Below, piece after piece: positions 16,432 to 22,888 of a DNA stretch of 42,906 nucleotides; the first letter of the stretch is position 1; every line of letters starts with the position of its first letter. The notes under the pieces are model-generated. The model saw only the letters and a program-made list of their open reading frames with translations. It ran no database searches and was not told where the DNA came from. The stretch is taken from IMG/VR virus record IMGVR_UViG_3300045988_069513, positions 1-42,906 of that record; one strand, written 5' to 3'. Source of the stretch: a virus. The translations under genes were made by a program, and so were the position numbers.

Positions 16432-17859
16432 CTAAAAAAATTTAATGGACTTTATTCGCTTGACGTCGCTTGTCCATTCAACCTCTATGCTCTCAATGAT
16501 GGATCGCCAGAAGGAACGCTTGTGCTCATCGTCAAGGGCCTTGTAGATCTTCTTCCATCCGCCCGAAAGGACTTCCCTGATGTGTGTGTAGTCTCGCACC
16601 TCGTCGTGCTCGCTGCCCACCAGCGCGTCATGCAGCTGCTTGTTCAGCTCCTCAAAGTCTTTTTCGTATTGCTCTATGGTGCGGATCTTCCCGGTTCGCC
16701 ATGAATAGTTCAAACGGTCAATCTGTTCGTTGATTTTATCAACGTCCGGCTTGGCCTTTTTTGCGTTTTTGGCGGCTACTTTCACGCTTTGCACTTCTGC
16801 GTCCTTCAGCAGATCCTCGATGTTGGAGAGCAGCATTCTTTCGAAGGTGTTCTCAAAGATCGATTTTCCGAAGGAGCATCTGCCGGCGGAAAAATGCTTG
16901 TTCTGGCAGCGGTACTGCTTGTAAACGTAATGGCCTCCGCCCTTTCTCGTTCCGGTATAGACACCGCCTTTGAGAAGCCTTCCGCATTCCGGGCACCGGA
17001 TAAGCCCGCTGAACCAATACGCGCGGTTTTCCGTGGTGTTCTGCCGGACGTTACGGCGGGTGACGTTCTGCATCTTGTCCCATTCTTCCTTGGTCATGTA
17101 CCCCTCGCAGAAATTGGAGTTTCCCCGGTAGCTTCCGTAGAGGATCGGCTTCTTCAGGTACTTGGAGAGGTTGCTGTAGTGCATGTCAATGCCGTAGGTC
17201 TCTTTGAGATGCCACATTGTGGACTTTATGCTTTGGTGCAGCATCACATGGCGGAGCATATCCTCGACAATATGCTGGGTTTTCGGGTCCTTCATTACGC
17301 GGCGCTTTCCGGTCTCCTTGTCCAGGGCATAGGTAAAACCGAAGGTGCAGTTACCGGACAGCCATTGGCCGTTGGCGATCTTGTAATCGTTGACCATGCG
17401 CACGCGCTCGCTGCCGGTGTCCGCCTCCATTTCCGCAATGGTGATCTTCATGTTCACCAGCATGCGGCCCTGGGCGGTTGTGAGATCGTAGTCCTCCTCG
17501 GTGGCTACCCATTCCACCGGCTCGATCCGGCGCATGCACTCGTGGTATTCCCGGACGGAGCGGAAAAATCTGTCCAGCTTGACGAAGATGATCTGCTCGA
17601 ATTTGCCCTTCTCTGCGTCCTGGATCATCCGCTGGAGTTCAGGGCGCTTTGCGATTGGCTTTCTGCCGGACACGCCCTCGTCCACATACCATTCAACGAT
17701 TTTCATGTTGTGTTCTTGCGCGTATTTCTCCAGGTGCATTCTCTGAGAGTCCAGGGATATGCCCCGGAGCTTCTGCTCATCCGTTGACACGCGGATGTAT
17801 GCTGCCACAAGAAGGATTCTTGCAACGCTTGAGACTGTTGCAAAGGATGTTTCTTCCAT
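16432..17859 (-). CDS. int: Large serine recombinase (integrase), 475 aa
   Basis: N-terminal resolvase-type catalytic motif AAYIRVSTDEQ...GISLDSQ, a recombinase domain, the zinc-ribbon motif CPECGRLL...YRCQ, and a C-terminal coiled coil. Confidence 0.9.
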   Translation of the reverse strand: MEETSFATVSSVARILLVAAYIRVSTDEQKLRGISLDSQRMHLEKYAQEHNMKIVEWYVDEGVSGRKPIAKRPELQRMIQDAEKGKFEQIIFVKLDRFFRSVREYHECMRRIEPVEWVATEEDYDLTTAQGRMLVNMKITIAEMEADTGSERVRMVNDYKIANGQWLSGNCTFGFTYALDKETGKRRVMKDPKTQHIVEDMLRHVMLHQSIKSTMWHLKETYGIDMHYSNLSKYLKKPILYGSYRGNSNFCEGYMTKEEWDKMQNVTRRNVRQNTTENRAYWFSGLIRCPECGRLLKGGVYTGTRKGGGHYVYKQYRCQNKHFSAGRCSFGKSIFENTFERMLLSNIEDLLKDAEVQSVKVAAKNAKKAKPDVDKINEQIDRLNYSWRTGKIRTIEQYEKDFEELNKQLHDALVGSEHDEVRDYTHIREVLSGGWKKIYKALDDEHKRSFWRSIIESIEVEWTSDVKRIKSIKFF

Positions 17860-17943
17860 GATGTATCACTTCTTTCGCTAGTTTTATTGTGGTGTCCAAT
17901 TTTTCGGACTGGTGATGTTGATAATGATATTCGAACGGTTGTT

Positions 17944-18432
17944 CTATTTCTTGCGCTTGAACAGGGAGGCGATCAACTTAAATAGAGGAATTACCAGTAG
18001 GGCTATTATAGAATAAAGTGCAACGCCACAGCCTACGCCATAGACGAGAAGTACAACAAATAAAACCCAACCAATGATGTATTTAACAATTACCCACACG
18101 CGTTTCTCGCTTCCCGTAGGCTTTTCTTCTGCTAGCGCCGCTTCTATCCTATCGTAGTAGGCGTTGAGCTTATCCTTTGACTCTTGGCTCATTTCCCGCT
18201 TTGACGTTGTGCTGCTTTCACCGGTTTTGCCATCGAAGTCATACGGGCAGACGCCGCCGGGGTGCTGGTGTTCCGGATAACCGTGATGGTAGTGGTATTC
18301 CCCCGTTGAATGGTTTGTGTGGCCCCCTTTGCTATCTGTGCGGCCCGGATGGGCTAGGGCAACAACCGCGAGAAGAGCGGACAACACAACGGCGATGATC
18401 CTCTTTCTCATTTTTGGTGCAGCGTTCTCCAC
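17944..18432 (-). CDS. YHYH-domain protein with N-terminal signal peptide and C-terminal membrane anchor (162 aa)
   Basis: RKRIIAVVLSALLAVVALA leader, GRTDSKGGHTNHSTGEYHYHHGYPEHQH (YHYH motif) and a C-terminal hydrophobic stretch of about 45 aa. Carries the SKREMSQESKDKLNAYY motif shared with the giant protein. Confidence 0.75.
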   Translation of the reverse strand: MENAAPKMRKRIIAVVLSALLAVVALAHPGRTDSKGGHTNHSTGEYHYHHGYPEHQHPGGVCPYDFDGKTGESSTTSKREMSQESKDKLNAYYDRIEAALAEEKPTGSEKRVWVIVKYIIGWVLFVVLLVYGVGCGVALYSIIALLVIPLFKLIASLFKRKK

Positions 18433-18896
18433 GCTTTCAACTCGTCCTTGAGGAAGTTGATCTGCTCCTGGTACTCGTCCTTGATGGCGCGGATGTCTTT
18501 GCGGTGCTGCTCGTCGATCATCGCCAGGCGCAGCTTCATTTCCTCGTTTTCCTTTTCCACGGCGGATAGAGTAGCGGTCTGCCTCTCCAGCTGCTCCATC
18601 TGCCGAAGCTCCCTCTCAACCTGTTCGGTGCAGGAAAATTCATCTGTGGTGCCGCCGATCAGGGCGATGAGGATGTTTTTGATTGTTGAATACTTGCAGT
18701 CGATGTAGTCGCCGGCTTTAATGCGGTTGATTGTGCCGATGGGAACTTTGCTCTTGTCCGCAAGGGTCTGATTCGTCCATTCCAGATGCTTTTGCCGCTT
18801 GCCGCACCATTGCAGCAGATCCGGAAAGGAAAGGAGCATTAGGTTTGGGACACAGCTTTCTCCTATGCGGGTGCATTTAATGCATTTTTCAAACAT
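18408..18896 (-). CDS. HTH DNA-binding protein with C-terminal coiled coil (162 aa)
   Basis: XRE-like segment WTNQTLADKSKVPIGTINRIKAG followed by heptad-rich ERELRQMEQLERQ...EEMKLRL. Overlaps the downstream gene by 25 nt. Confidence 0.7.
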   Translation of the reverse strand: MFEKCIKCTRIGESCVPNLMLLSFPDLLQWCGKRQKHLEWTNQTLADKSKVPIGTINRIKAGDYIDCKYSTIKNILIALIGGTTDEFSCTEQVERELRQMEQLERQTATLSAVEKENEEMKLRLAMIDEQHRKDIRAIKDEYQEQINFLKDELKAWRTLHQK

Positions 18897-19202
18897 TTCT
18901 TTCTCCTACTATTCACTTTTGATATTGATTTTGCAGAAGTAATAAGCCTTGCGTTTAAGTGATGTGAAAGTATCACTTCTGCTTATTGAAAAAGATTTTC
19001 GTGAATGATAGGCTGAATGCGGGTCAAGAAAGCCCATCATTCCTCGCAACGGTGCAGGTCGTTCATGTTGGCGCATCTGCGGCCTGCACCGCAATTTAAA
19101 CATTTACAACCAATAATTCCCTGGCAAGTTTTCCTTGTTTTCGACATTGGCTGTGTACTAAAATTGACAACGATTCCCGCCCCAAACGAAAGGACTGATT
19201 AC

Positions 19203-19337
19203 ATGAGAAATCAAGCTGCTTCTCCCGTCCCCCTCACGAATGAGGAACTCATGGCGTTTTCCGAGGCTATCCAAGACCCGGAGACCCGGCAGGCAATCAT
19301 CACAATTTTAGAAGAAGCCGGATTGCTGCCCTTGTAG
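19203..19337 (+). CDS. Small convergent ORF (44 aa) overlapping the repressor 3' end; uncertain
   Basis: ATG 19203 with weak AAAGGA upstream. Peptide LTNEELMAFSEAIQDPETRQAIITILEEAGLLPL resembles the repressor C-terminal tail (LVEAFYNADEATRAAIRLLLKL). The 38-nt antisense overlap is with 19300..19650. Confidence 0.3.
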   Translation: MRNQAASPVPLTNEELMAFSEAIQDPETRQAIITILEEAGLLPL

Positions 19338-19650
19338 CTTCATCAGCATTGTAAAAGGCTTCTACCAAATCAGCATCCGGATAGTTGCGCTCACCTCCTT
19401 GTGGGGTGGGCGCTTTTTTTGTTTCCTCGTGCCCGAGCAGATAGTCCATTGAAACATCGAAGTAAACGGATATTTTGCTCAGTGTTTTTGTGGAAAGCTC
19501 CGCTGTTCGGTTCATTTTCAGATCAGTGAGATTGCCGCGTGGAATTTCTGTGTCCCGGCACATTTGGGTCATGTTCACCCCCTTGCCGTTGCACAAAGCT
19601 TCAATGCGTTTGTACATTTCGTTCAATTTCGTCACCTCGTTTTTGGGCAT
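19300..19650 (-). CDS. XRE-family HTH repressor (CI-like), 116 aa, no peptidase domain
   Basis: HTH segment MTQMCRDTEIPRGNLTDLKMNRTAELSTKTLSKISVYFDVSMDYLLG. Divergent or convergent placement relative to the early operon. Confidence 0.8.
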   Translation of the reverse strand: MPKNEVTKLNEMYKRIEALCNGKGVNMTQMCRDTEIPRGNLTDLKMNRTAELSTKTLSKISVYFDVSMDYLLGHEETKKAPTPQGGERNYPDADLVEAFYNADEATRAAIRLLLKL

Positions 19651-19654
19651 AGTG

Positions 19655-19672
19655 ACGAAATTACTTCGTTCC
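19655..19672 (+). promoter_or_regulatory. Operator-like site 1 (ACGAAATTACTTCGTTCC)
   Basis: Matches the reverse complement of 19729-19746 at 16/18 positions. Sits just upstream of the repressor start codon. Confidence 0.5.
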
Positions 19673-19684
19673 TTATTTTCCCTA

Positions 19685-19713
19685 TTGACTCTTAAGGATT
19701 GCCGTATTATTAT
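19685..19713 (+). promoter_or_regulatory. Early (lytic) promoter candidate
   Basis: TTGACT (19685-19690), a 17-nt spacer, then TATTAT (19708-19713), pointing to the Cro-like gene at 19863. Confidence 0.6.
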
Positions 19714-19728
19714 AAGTCCGGGCGTTAA

Positions 19729-19746
19729 GGAATGAAGTAATCTCGT
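19729..19746 (-). promoter_or_regulatory. Operator-like site 2 (inverted copy of site 1)
   Basis: The reverse complement ACGAGATTACTTCATTCC matches site 1 at 16/18 positions. Lies between the two predicted transcription starts. Confidence 0.5.
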
Positions 19747-19764
19747 GTTTGTTTGGTCACTTAC

Positions 19765-19793
19765 ATAATATTACTTTGTCCCGTAATTGTCAA
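19765..19793 (-). promoter_or_regulatory. Repressor (lysogenic) promoter candidate, facing the early promoter
   Basis: The minus strand reads TTGACA (complement of 19788-19793), a 17-nt spacer, then TATTAT (complement of 19765-19770). A third ATTACTT-core site (19765-19782, 13/18 to site 1) overlaps the -10. Confidence 0.6.
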
Positions 19794-19862
19794 TCGTGCA
19801 CATATGGTGGTCATGGGAAAACCTGGCACAACATATTGTGCGCAAACAGGTAAATAGGAGGA

Positions 19863-20093
19863 ATGAAGTTGGCAAAAACGAGCGAATTTGGCAAGGCGGT
19901 GAAGATCCGGCTGATCGAGCTGGAGAAAACCCACGAATGGCTCATTGAGCAGGTAAAGGAGCGAACCGGAGACTACTTCGACAGCTCGTTCCTGCACCGC
20001 ATCCTGTCCGGCAAGCTGCCTGCGGAAAGCGGCAGAGGAGACAAGCCGGGCAAGGCGCAGGTCATCCGTGAGATCCTGGGAATGGAGAAGTAA
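19863..20093 (+). CDS. Cro-like small DNA-binding protein (76 aa)
   Basis: GGAGGA RBS. First gene of the rightward early operon opposite the repressor. The HTH-like segment is FGKAVKIRLIELEKTHEWLIEQV. Confidence 0.6.
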   Translation: MKLAKTSEFGKAVKIRLIELEKTHEWLIEQVKERTGDYFDSSFLHRILSGKLPAESGRGDKPGKAQVIREILGMEK

Positions 20094-20096
20094 GAC

Positions 20097-20210
20097 ATGA
20101 AGCCCAGGGGAAAGGACATTTTGGCGCGGCTTATCGAGCTTTACGCAGAGCAAGAGGGCGTAACGATCCAATGCGTAATCAAGCAACGGGAGGAGGCGCG
20201 GAATGGCTGA
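20097..20210 (+). CDS. Small ORF (37 aa), hypothetical
   Basis: ATG 20097 lies 4 nt after the previous stop, and its stop overlaps the next ATG (ATGGCTGA). Below the ORF-track threshold, so translated by hand. Confidence 0.4.
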   Translation: MKPRGKDILARLIELYAEQEGVTIQCVIKQREEARNG

Positions 20211-20817
20211 GAACAAAGAGTATGTCAAGCTGTGGCTGAGTTACAAGGACTACTTCGAGTCTTACAGTGCTGCTGAGGTGGGGCGTCTGGTGCTGGCGAT
20301 GATGGACTATCATGCGTCGGGAGTGGAGCCTGAGTTCAGCGGGAGTGAAAGGTTCGTGTGGCCTGCGATCCGGCGAGACATTGACAACTCCAAGGACACG
20401 CTTGAAACCGCAAGGGAGAACGGGAAAAAGGGCGGCAGACCAAAAGGGTCAATAACCCCCGGAAACCCAACAAAACCCCCCGAAACCCAAAATAACCAAG
20501 GAAAAGGAAAAGGAGAAGGTAAAGGTAAAGGAAAAGGTAAAGGTAAAGGAGATATATATCCGCCCACACGACACGAATACGGCGAATACAACAACGTTTT
20601 GCTCTCCGACACGGACTTGGACAAGCTCAAAGCCGAGTTTCCCGATTGGGAGGCTAGGATTGAGAGGCTTAGCGGCTACATGAAGTCCACGGGCAAGGCG
20701 TACAAGGATCATCTTGCTACGATCCGCAACTGGGCGAGGAAGGACAAGGAGGTAAAGGCCAATGGAGAGCCTGAAAAGCCTACTGGGGCAACGGTTGAAT
20801 ACGGACTTGTTCTCTAA
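20203..20817 (+). CDS. Replisome-organiser / DnaD-like replication protein with a (GK)n linker (204 aa)
   Basis: The C-terminal YGEYNNVLLSDTDLDKLKAEFPDWEARIERLSGYMKSTGKAYKDHLATIRNWARKD resembles the DnaD-like phage replication-protein C-terminus. It precedes a DnaC-like ATPase. Confidence 0.6.
   Translation: MAENKEYVKLWLSYKDYFESYSAAEVGRLVLAMMDYHASGVEPEFSGSERFVWPAIRRDIDNSKDTLETARENGKKGGRPKGSITPGNPTKPPETQNNQGKGKGEGKGKGKGKGKGDIYPPTRHEYGEYNNVLLSDTDLDKLKAEFPDWEARIERLSGYMKSTGKAYKDHLATIRNWARKDKEVKANGEPEKPTGATVEYGLVL
20500..20550 (+). repeat. Gly-Lys dipeptide tandem repeat (GKGKGEGKGKGKGKGKG)
   Basis: Direct reading of gga aaa gga aaa gga gaa ggt aaa ggt aaa gga aaa ggt aaa ggt aaa gga. Confidence 0.9.
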
Positions 20818-21622
20818 CCTGCCGAAGTACGGGACGCTGGAATACGAGCAGATGCGTGTGGATGGCCTGAACAACGAGAAGGGCGAGCTGAACCTGGAGG
20901 ACGGATATGACTGCCCTCTGTGTTTTAACAAGGGCGTTATGTACGGCGTGACAGAGAGGAGCGGCGAGTACGGCTTCTCTGCAAGGGACTGCCAGTGCAT
21001 GCCGGTGCGCAATTCCATCATGCGGATGCGAAGAAGCGGACTGGAGAAGGTCATCAAGGACTTGACGTTTGACAAGTACGAAGATACGGAGCCCTGGCAG
21101 AAGCACCTGAAGGATCTGGCTATGAACTACGCCCAAAACCCGGTGGGGTGGTTCTTCCTGGGTGGGCAGCCGGGGTGCGGCAAGACGCACTTATGCACGG
21201 CGATCTGCCGGAAGCTGCTGCACAGAGGAAAGCCGGTGGTCTACATGCGGTGGCGCGAGGAGGTCTCCAAACTGAAGGCGCTGTCAATGGAGGGCGACGA
21301 GCGGCAGAAGGAGATCGACCGCTACAAGCACACGCCGGTGCTGTACATCGACGACCTGTTCAAGACGGGCAGGGGGCCGGACGGGAAAGACCCGAGACCG
21401 ACCAGCGCAGACGTCTCCCTGGCGATGGAGATCCTGGGGCACAGATACGGAGACCCGGACTTGCTGACCATCATATCCACGGAGCTGTCCATCGGGGAGA
21501 TCACGGACATAGACGAGGCCCTGGGCAGCCGCATCGTGGAAAAGGCCAGAGAGAACTGCATTGCAAGCATCAAGAAGGACAGAAAGAAAAACTACCGCCT
21601 GCGTGGCGTAACGGAATTGTAG
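20762..21622 (+). CDS. DnaC/IstB-like AAA+ helicase loader (286 aa)
   Basis: Walker A GGQPGCGKTHL and Walker B VLYIDDL. AAGGAGG lies 11 nt upstream of ATG 20762 and overlaps the previous gene. Confidence 0.8.
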   Translation: MESLKSLLGQRLNTDLFSNLPKYGTLEYEQMRVDGLNNEKGELNLEDGYDCPLCFNKGVMYGVTERSGEYGFSARDCQCMPVRNSIMRMRRSGLEKVIKDLTFDKYEDTEPWQKHLKDLAMNYAQNPVGWFFLGGQPGCGKTHLCTAICRKLLHRGKPVVYMRWREEVSKLKALSMEGDERQKEIDRYKHTPVLYIDDLFKTGRGPDGKDPRPTSADVSLAMEILGHRYGDPDLLTIISTELSIGEITDIDEALGSRIVEKARENCIASIKKDRKKNYRLRGVTEL

Positions 21623-21633
21623 GAGGGCAAAGA

Positions 21634-21819
21634 ATGAAAGGTTTTTTTAGATTGCTGGTTGTGGCCGGCCTGCTGTTCACCGTTGGGACTGTGGGCGCGT
21701 TAGAGTGCGAGACCATCGGCGTAGGCCAGTTTTGGCTGCAGAGCGCCGCAGGCATTGCGGCGATGTGGGTAGGGGCTCACTTCGGCGGACTGTTCTATGT
21801 GGGAGGTGACGAATGTTGA
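21634..21819 (+). CDS. Small membrane protein (61 aa, two hydrophobic segments)
   Basis: AGGAGGG then ATG 21634. Translation MKGFFRLLVVAGLLFTVGTVGAL...AAGIAAMWVGAHFGGLFYV. The longer 21148..21819 track ORF overlaps the DnaC-like gene and is rejected. Confidence 0.55.
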   Translation: MKGFFRLLVVAGLLFTVGTVGALECETIGVGQFWLQSAAGIAAMWVGAHFGGLFYVGGDEC

Positions 21820-21995
21820 GAGACCATCCAGACATCGAGCGGATCGAGAGATACGGGCACATCGAAGAGCCCCGGTGGCCCCGCTGTCCCGTGTGCAACG
21901 AGGAGTGCGAAACGATCTACCTCAACGGCCACGGAGAGCCCGTTGGGTGCGATGAGTGCCTGGAAAGCATTGACGCCGCAGACTACGAGGAATAA
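21813..21995 (+). CDS. Small zinc-ribbon protein (60 aa)
   Basis: CPVCNEEC...CDEC four-Cys arrangement. Its start overlaps the previous stop. Confidence 0.55.
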   Translation: MLRDHPDIERIERYGHIEEPRWPRCPVCNEECETIYLNGHGEPVGCDECLESIDAADYEE

Positions 21996-22084
21996 AAAAA
22001 GCGCCCTCCGGTGGACAAGACCGAAAGGGCGCAACGGAAAAAATTGCTACACCCATTATACGGGAAGAAAGGAAAAAAATCAAG

Positions 22085-22513
22085 ATGGCACAAGCAAAAA
22101 TTGATACCGGCGCCCTGAGAGCCTGGGCCGCGAGTGAGGGACTGAGATTCTGTGATGTTGGCGAGAAAATCGGCCGGGGCAAAAGCTATATCAGCAACTG
22201 CCTTCTGACTGGCTCGATGGTAGAAAGCGCGTACAAGATGTTGTGCAATGTGTTTTGCCTGCCCGGAGGCGCGTTCATTCCTGCACCCTGTGTGCCGGAG
22301 AAGTCGAAGGAAGCAGAAGGCTACACCATCGGCATGGACGTGAGGCCCGACCGTGTCCGCCTCTGTGTGAAGTATGATGGTGTGGAAGTCCACCGGGCAC
22401 ACGCCCTTATCAAAGGGGACACCGAGCTTGACCTGCTGCAGGCCGTGAGCTATGCCGCGCACATGATCTACAAGCTGGCGCAGCAGAATGTTTTGGGAGG
22501 GGACGAAAAATGA
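22085..22513 (+). CDS. Hypothetical protein (142 aa), possible N-terminal HTH
   Basis: ORF follows an intergenic stem-loop. N-terminal CDVGEKIGRGKSYISNCL resembles an HTH. Confidence 0.55.
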   Translation: MAQAKIDTGALRAWAASEGLRFCDVGEKIGRGKSYISNCLLTGSMVESAYKMLCNVFCLPGGAFIPAPCVPEKSKEAEGYTIGMDVRPDRVRLCVKYDGVEVHRAHALIKGDTELDLLQAVSYAAHMIYKLAQQNVLGGDEK

Positions 22514-22677
22514 AAAAAAGTGAAATCTTCCGCAGGGCAGCCGTCGCTGTTCTGGACAGCGAATATCTGAGCGGCAAGGAAAAGGTGGAGATCATCGAGG
22601 AACTTCTGGATCAGCGGTACCTTGCGAAGCTGGTTGAGGACGCCGCGGAAAAGAGGGCGCGGGATGAAGCACGTTGA
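22510..22677 (+). CDS. Small hypothetical protein (55 aa)
   Basis: ATGA overlap with the previous stop, translated by hand (MKKSEIFRRAAVAVLDSEYLSGKEKVEIIEELLDQRYLAKLVEDAAEKRARDEAR). Confidence 0.45.
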   Translation: MKKSEIFRRAAVAVLDSEYLSGKEKVEIIEELLDQRYLAKLVEDAAEKRARDEAR

Positions 22678-22888
22678 CAATGCGGTGAGCGCCTTTGAAA
22701 GCGGCGTGAAGTTTTACACGACCGCAACAGTAAAAATCAGCTTTCCGGAAAACCGCGTGTGCTGTAAATTCTGCCCCTTGCTGGAGACCTACGCACGGAT
22801 GCAATGCAGAAGAACCGGTGAGTACATTGCGGATGACAGAAGTATTGGCGGGATGTGCCCGCTGGTGTTTGAGGAGGTAAACGAATGA
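22664..22888 (+). CDS. Small Cys-rich protein (74 aa)
   Basis: ATG 22664 (MKHVDNAV...). The Cys pattern CCKFCP...C...C suggests metal binding. Confidence 0.5.
   Translation: MKHVDNAVSAFESGVKFYTTATVKISFPENRVCCKFCPLLETYARMQCRRTGEYIADDRSIGGMCPLVFEEVNE

Noticed and set aside
16393-17787. Plus-strand ORFs opposite the integrase (16393..16704, 16789..17787) that could be driven by the 16313 promoter.
   Set aside because: They lack RBSs, and their sequences look like antisense shadows of a gene with clear serine-recombinase motifs. Any transcript here is more plausibly non-coding or antisense.
20497-20550. Short tandem repeats (the GK repeat, the 30-nt repeat at 25231-25308 and the GPQ repeats) considered as a CRISPR-like array or iterons.
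   Set aside because: They are in-frame coding repeats with no spacers of unique sequence, and their repeat lengths are unlike CRISPR repeats.
21148-21819. A 223-aa plus-strand ORF overlapping the DnaC-like gene.
   Set aside because: Most of it is an Arg/Gly/Ala-rich alternative frame of the DnaC-like gene. Only the last 61 codons (21634..21819), which have their own AGGAGGG RBS, look coding.
21996-22045. GCGCCCT...AGGGCGC stem-loop after 21813..21995, considered as a terminator.
   Set aside because: On the plus strand no T-tract follows it. The T-run lies on the minus-strand side, where there is no gene to terminate. I kept it only as a possible weak pause or processing structure, not a called feature.
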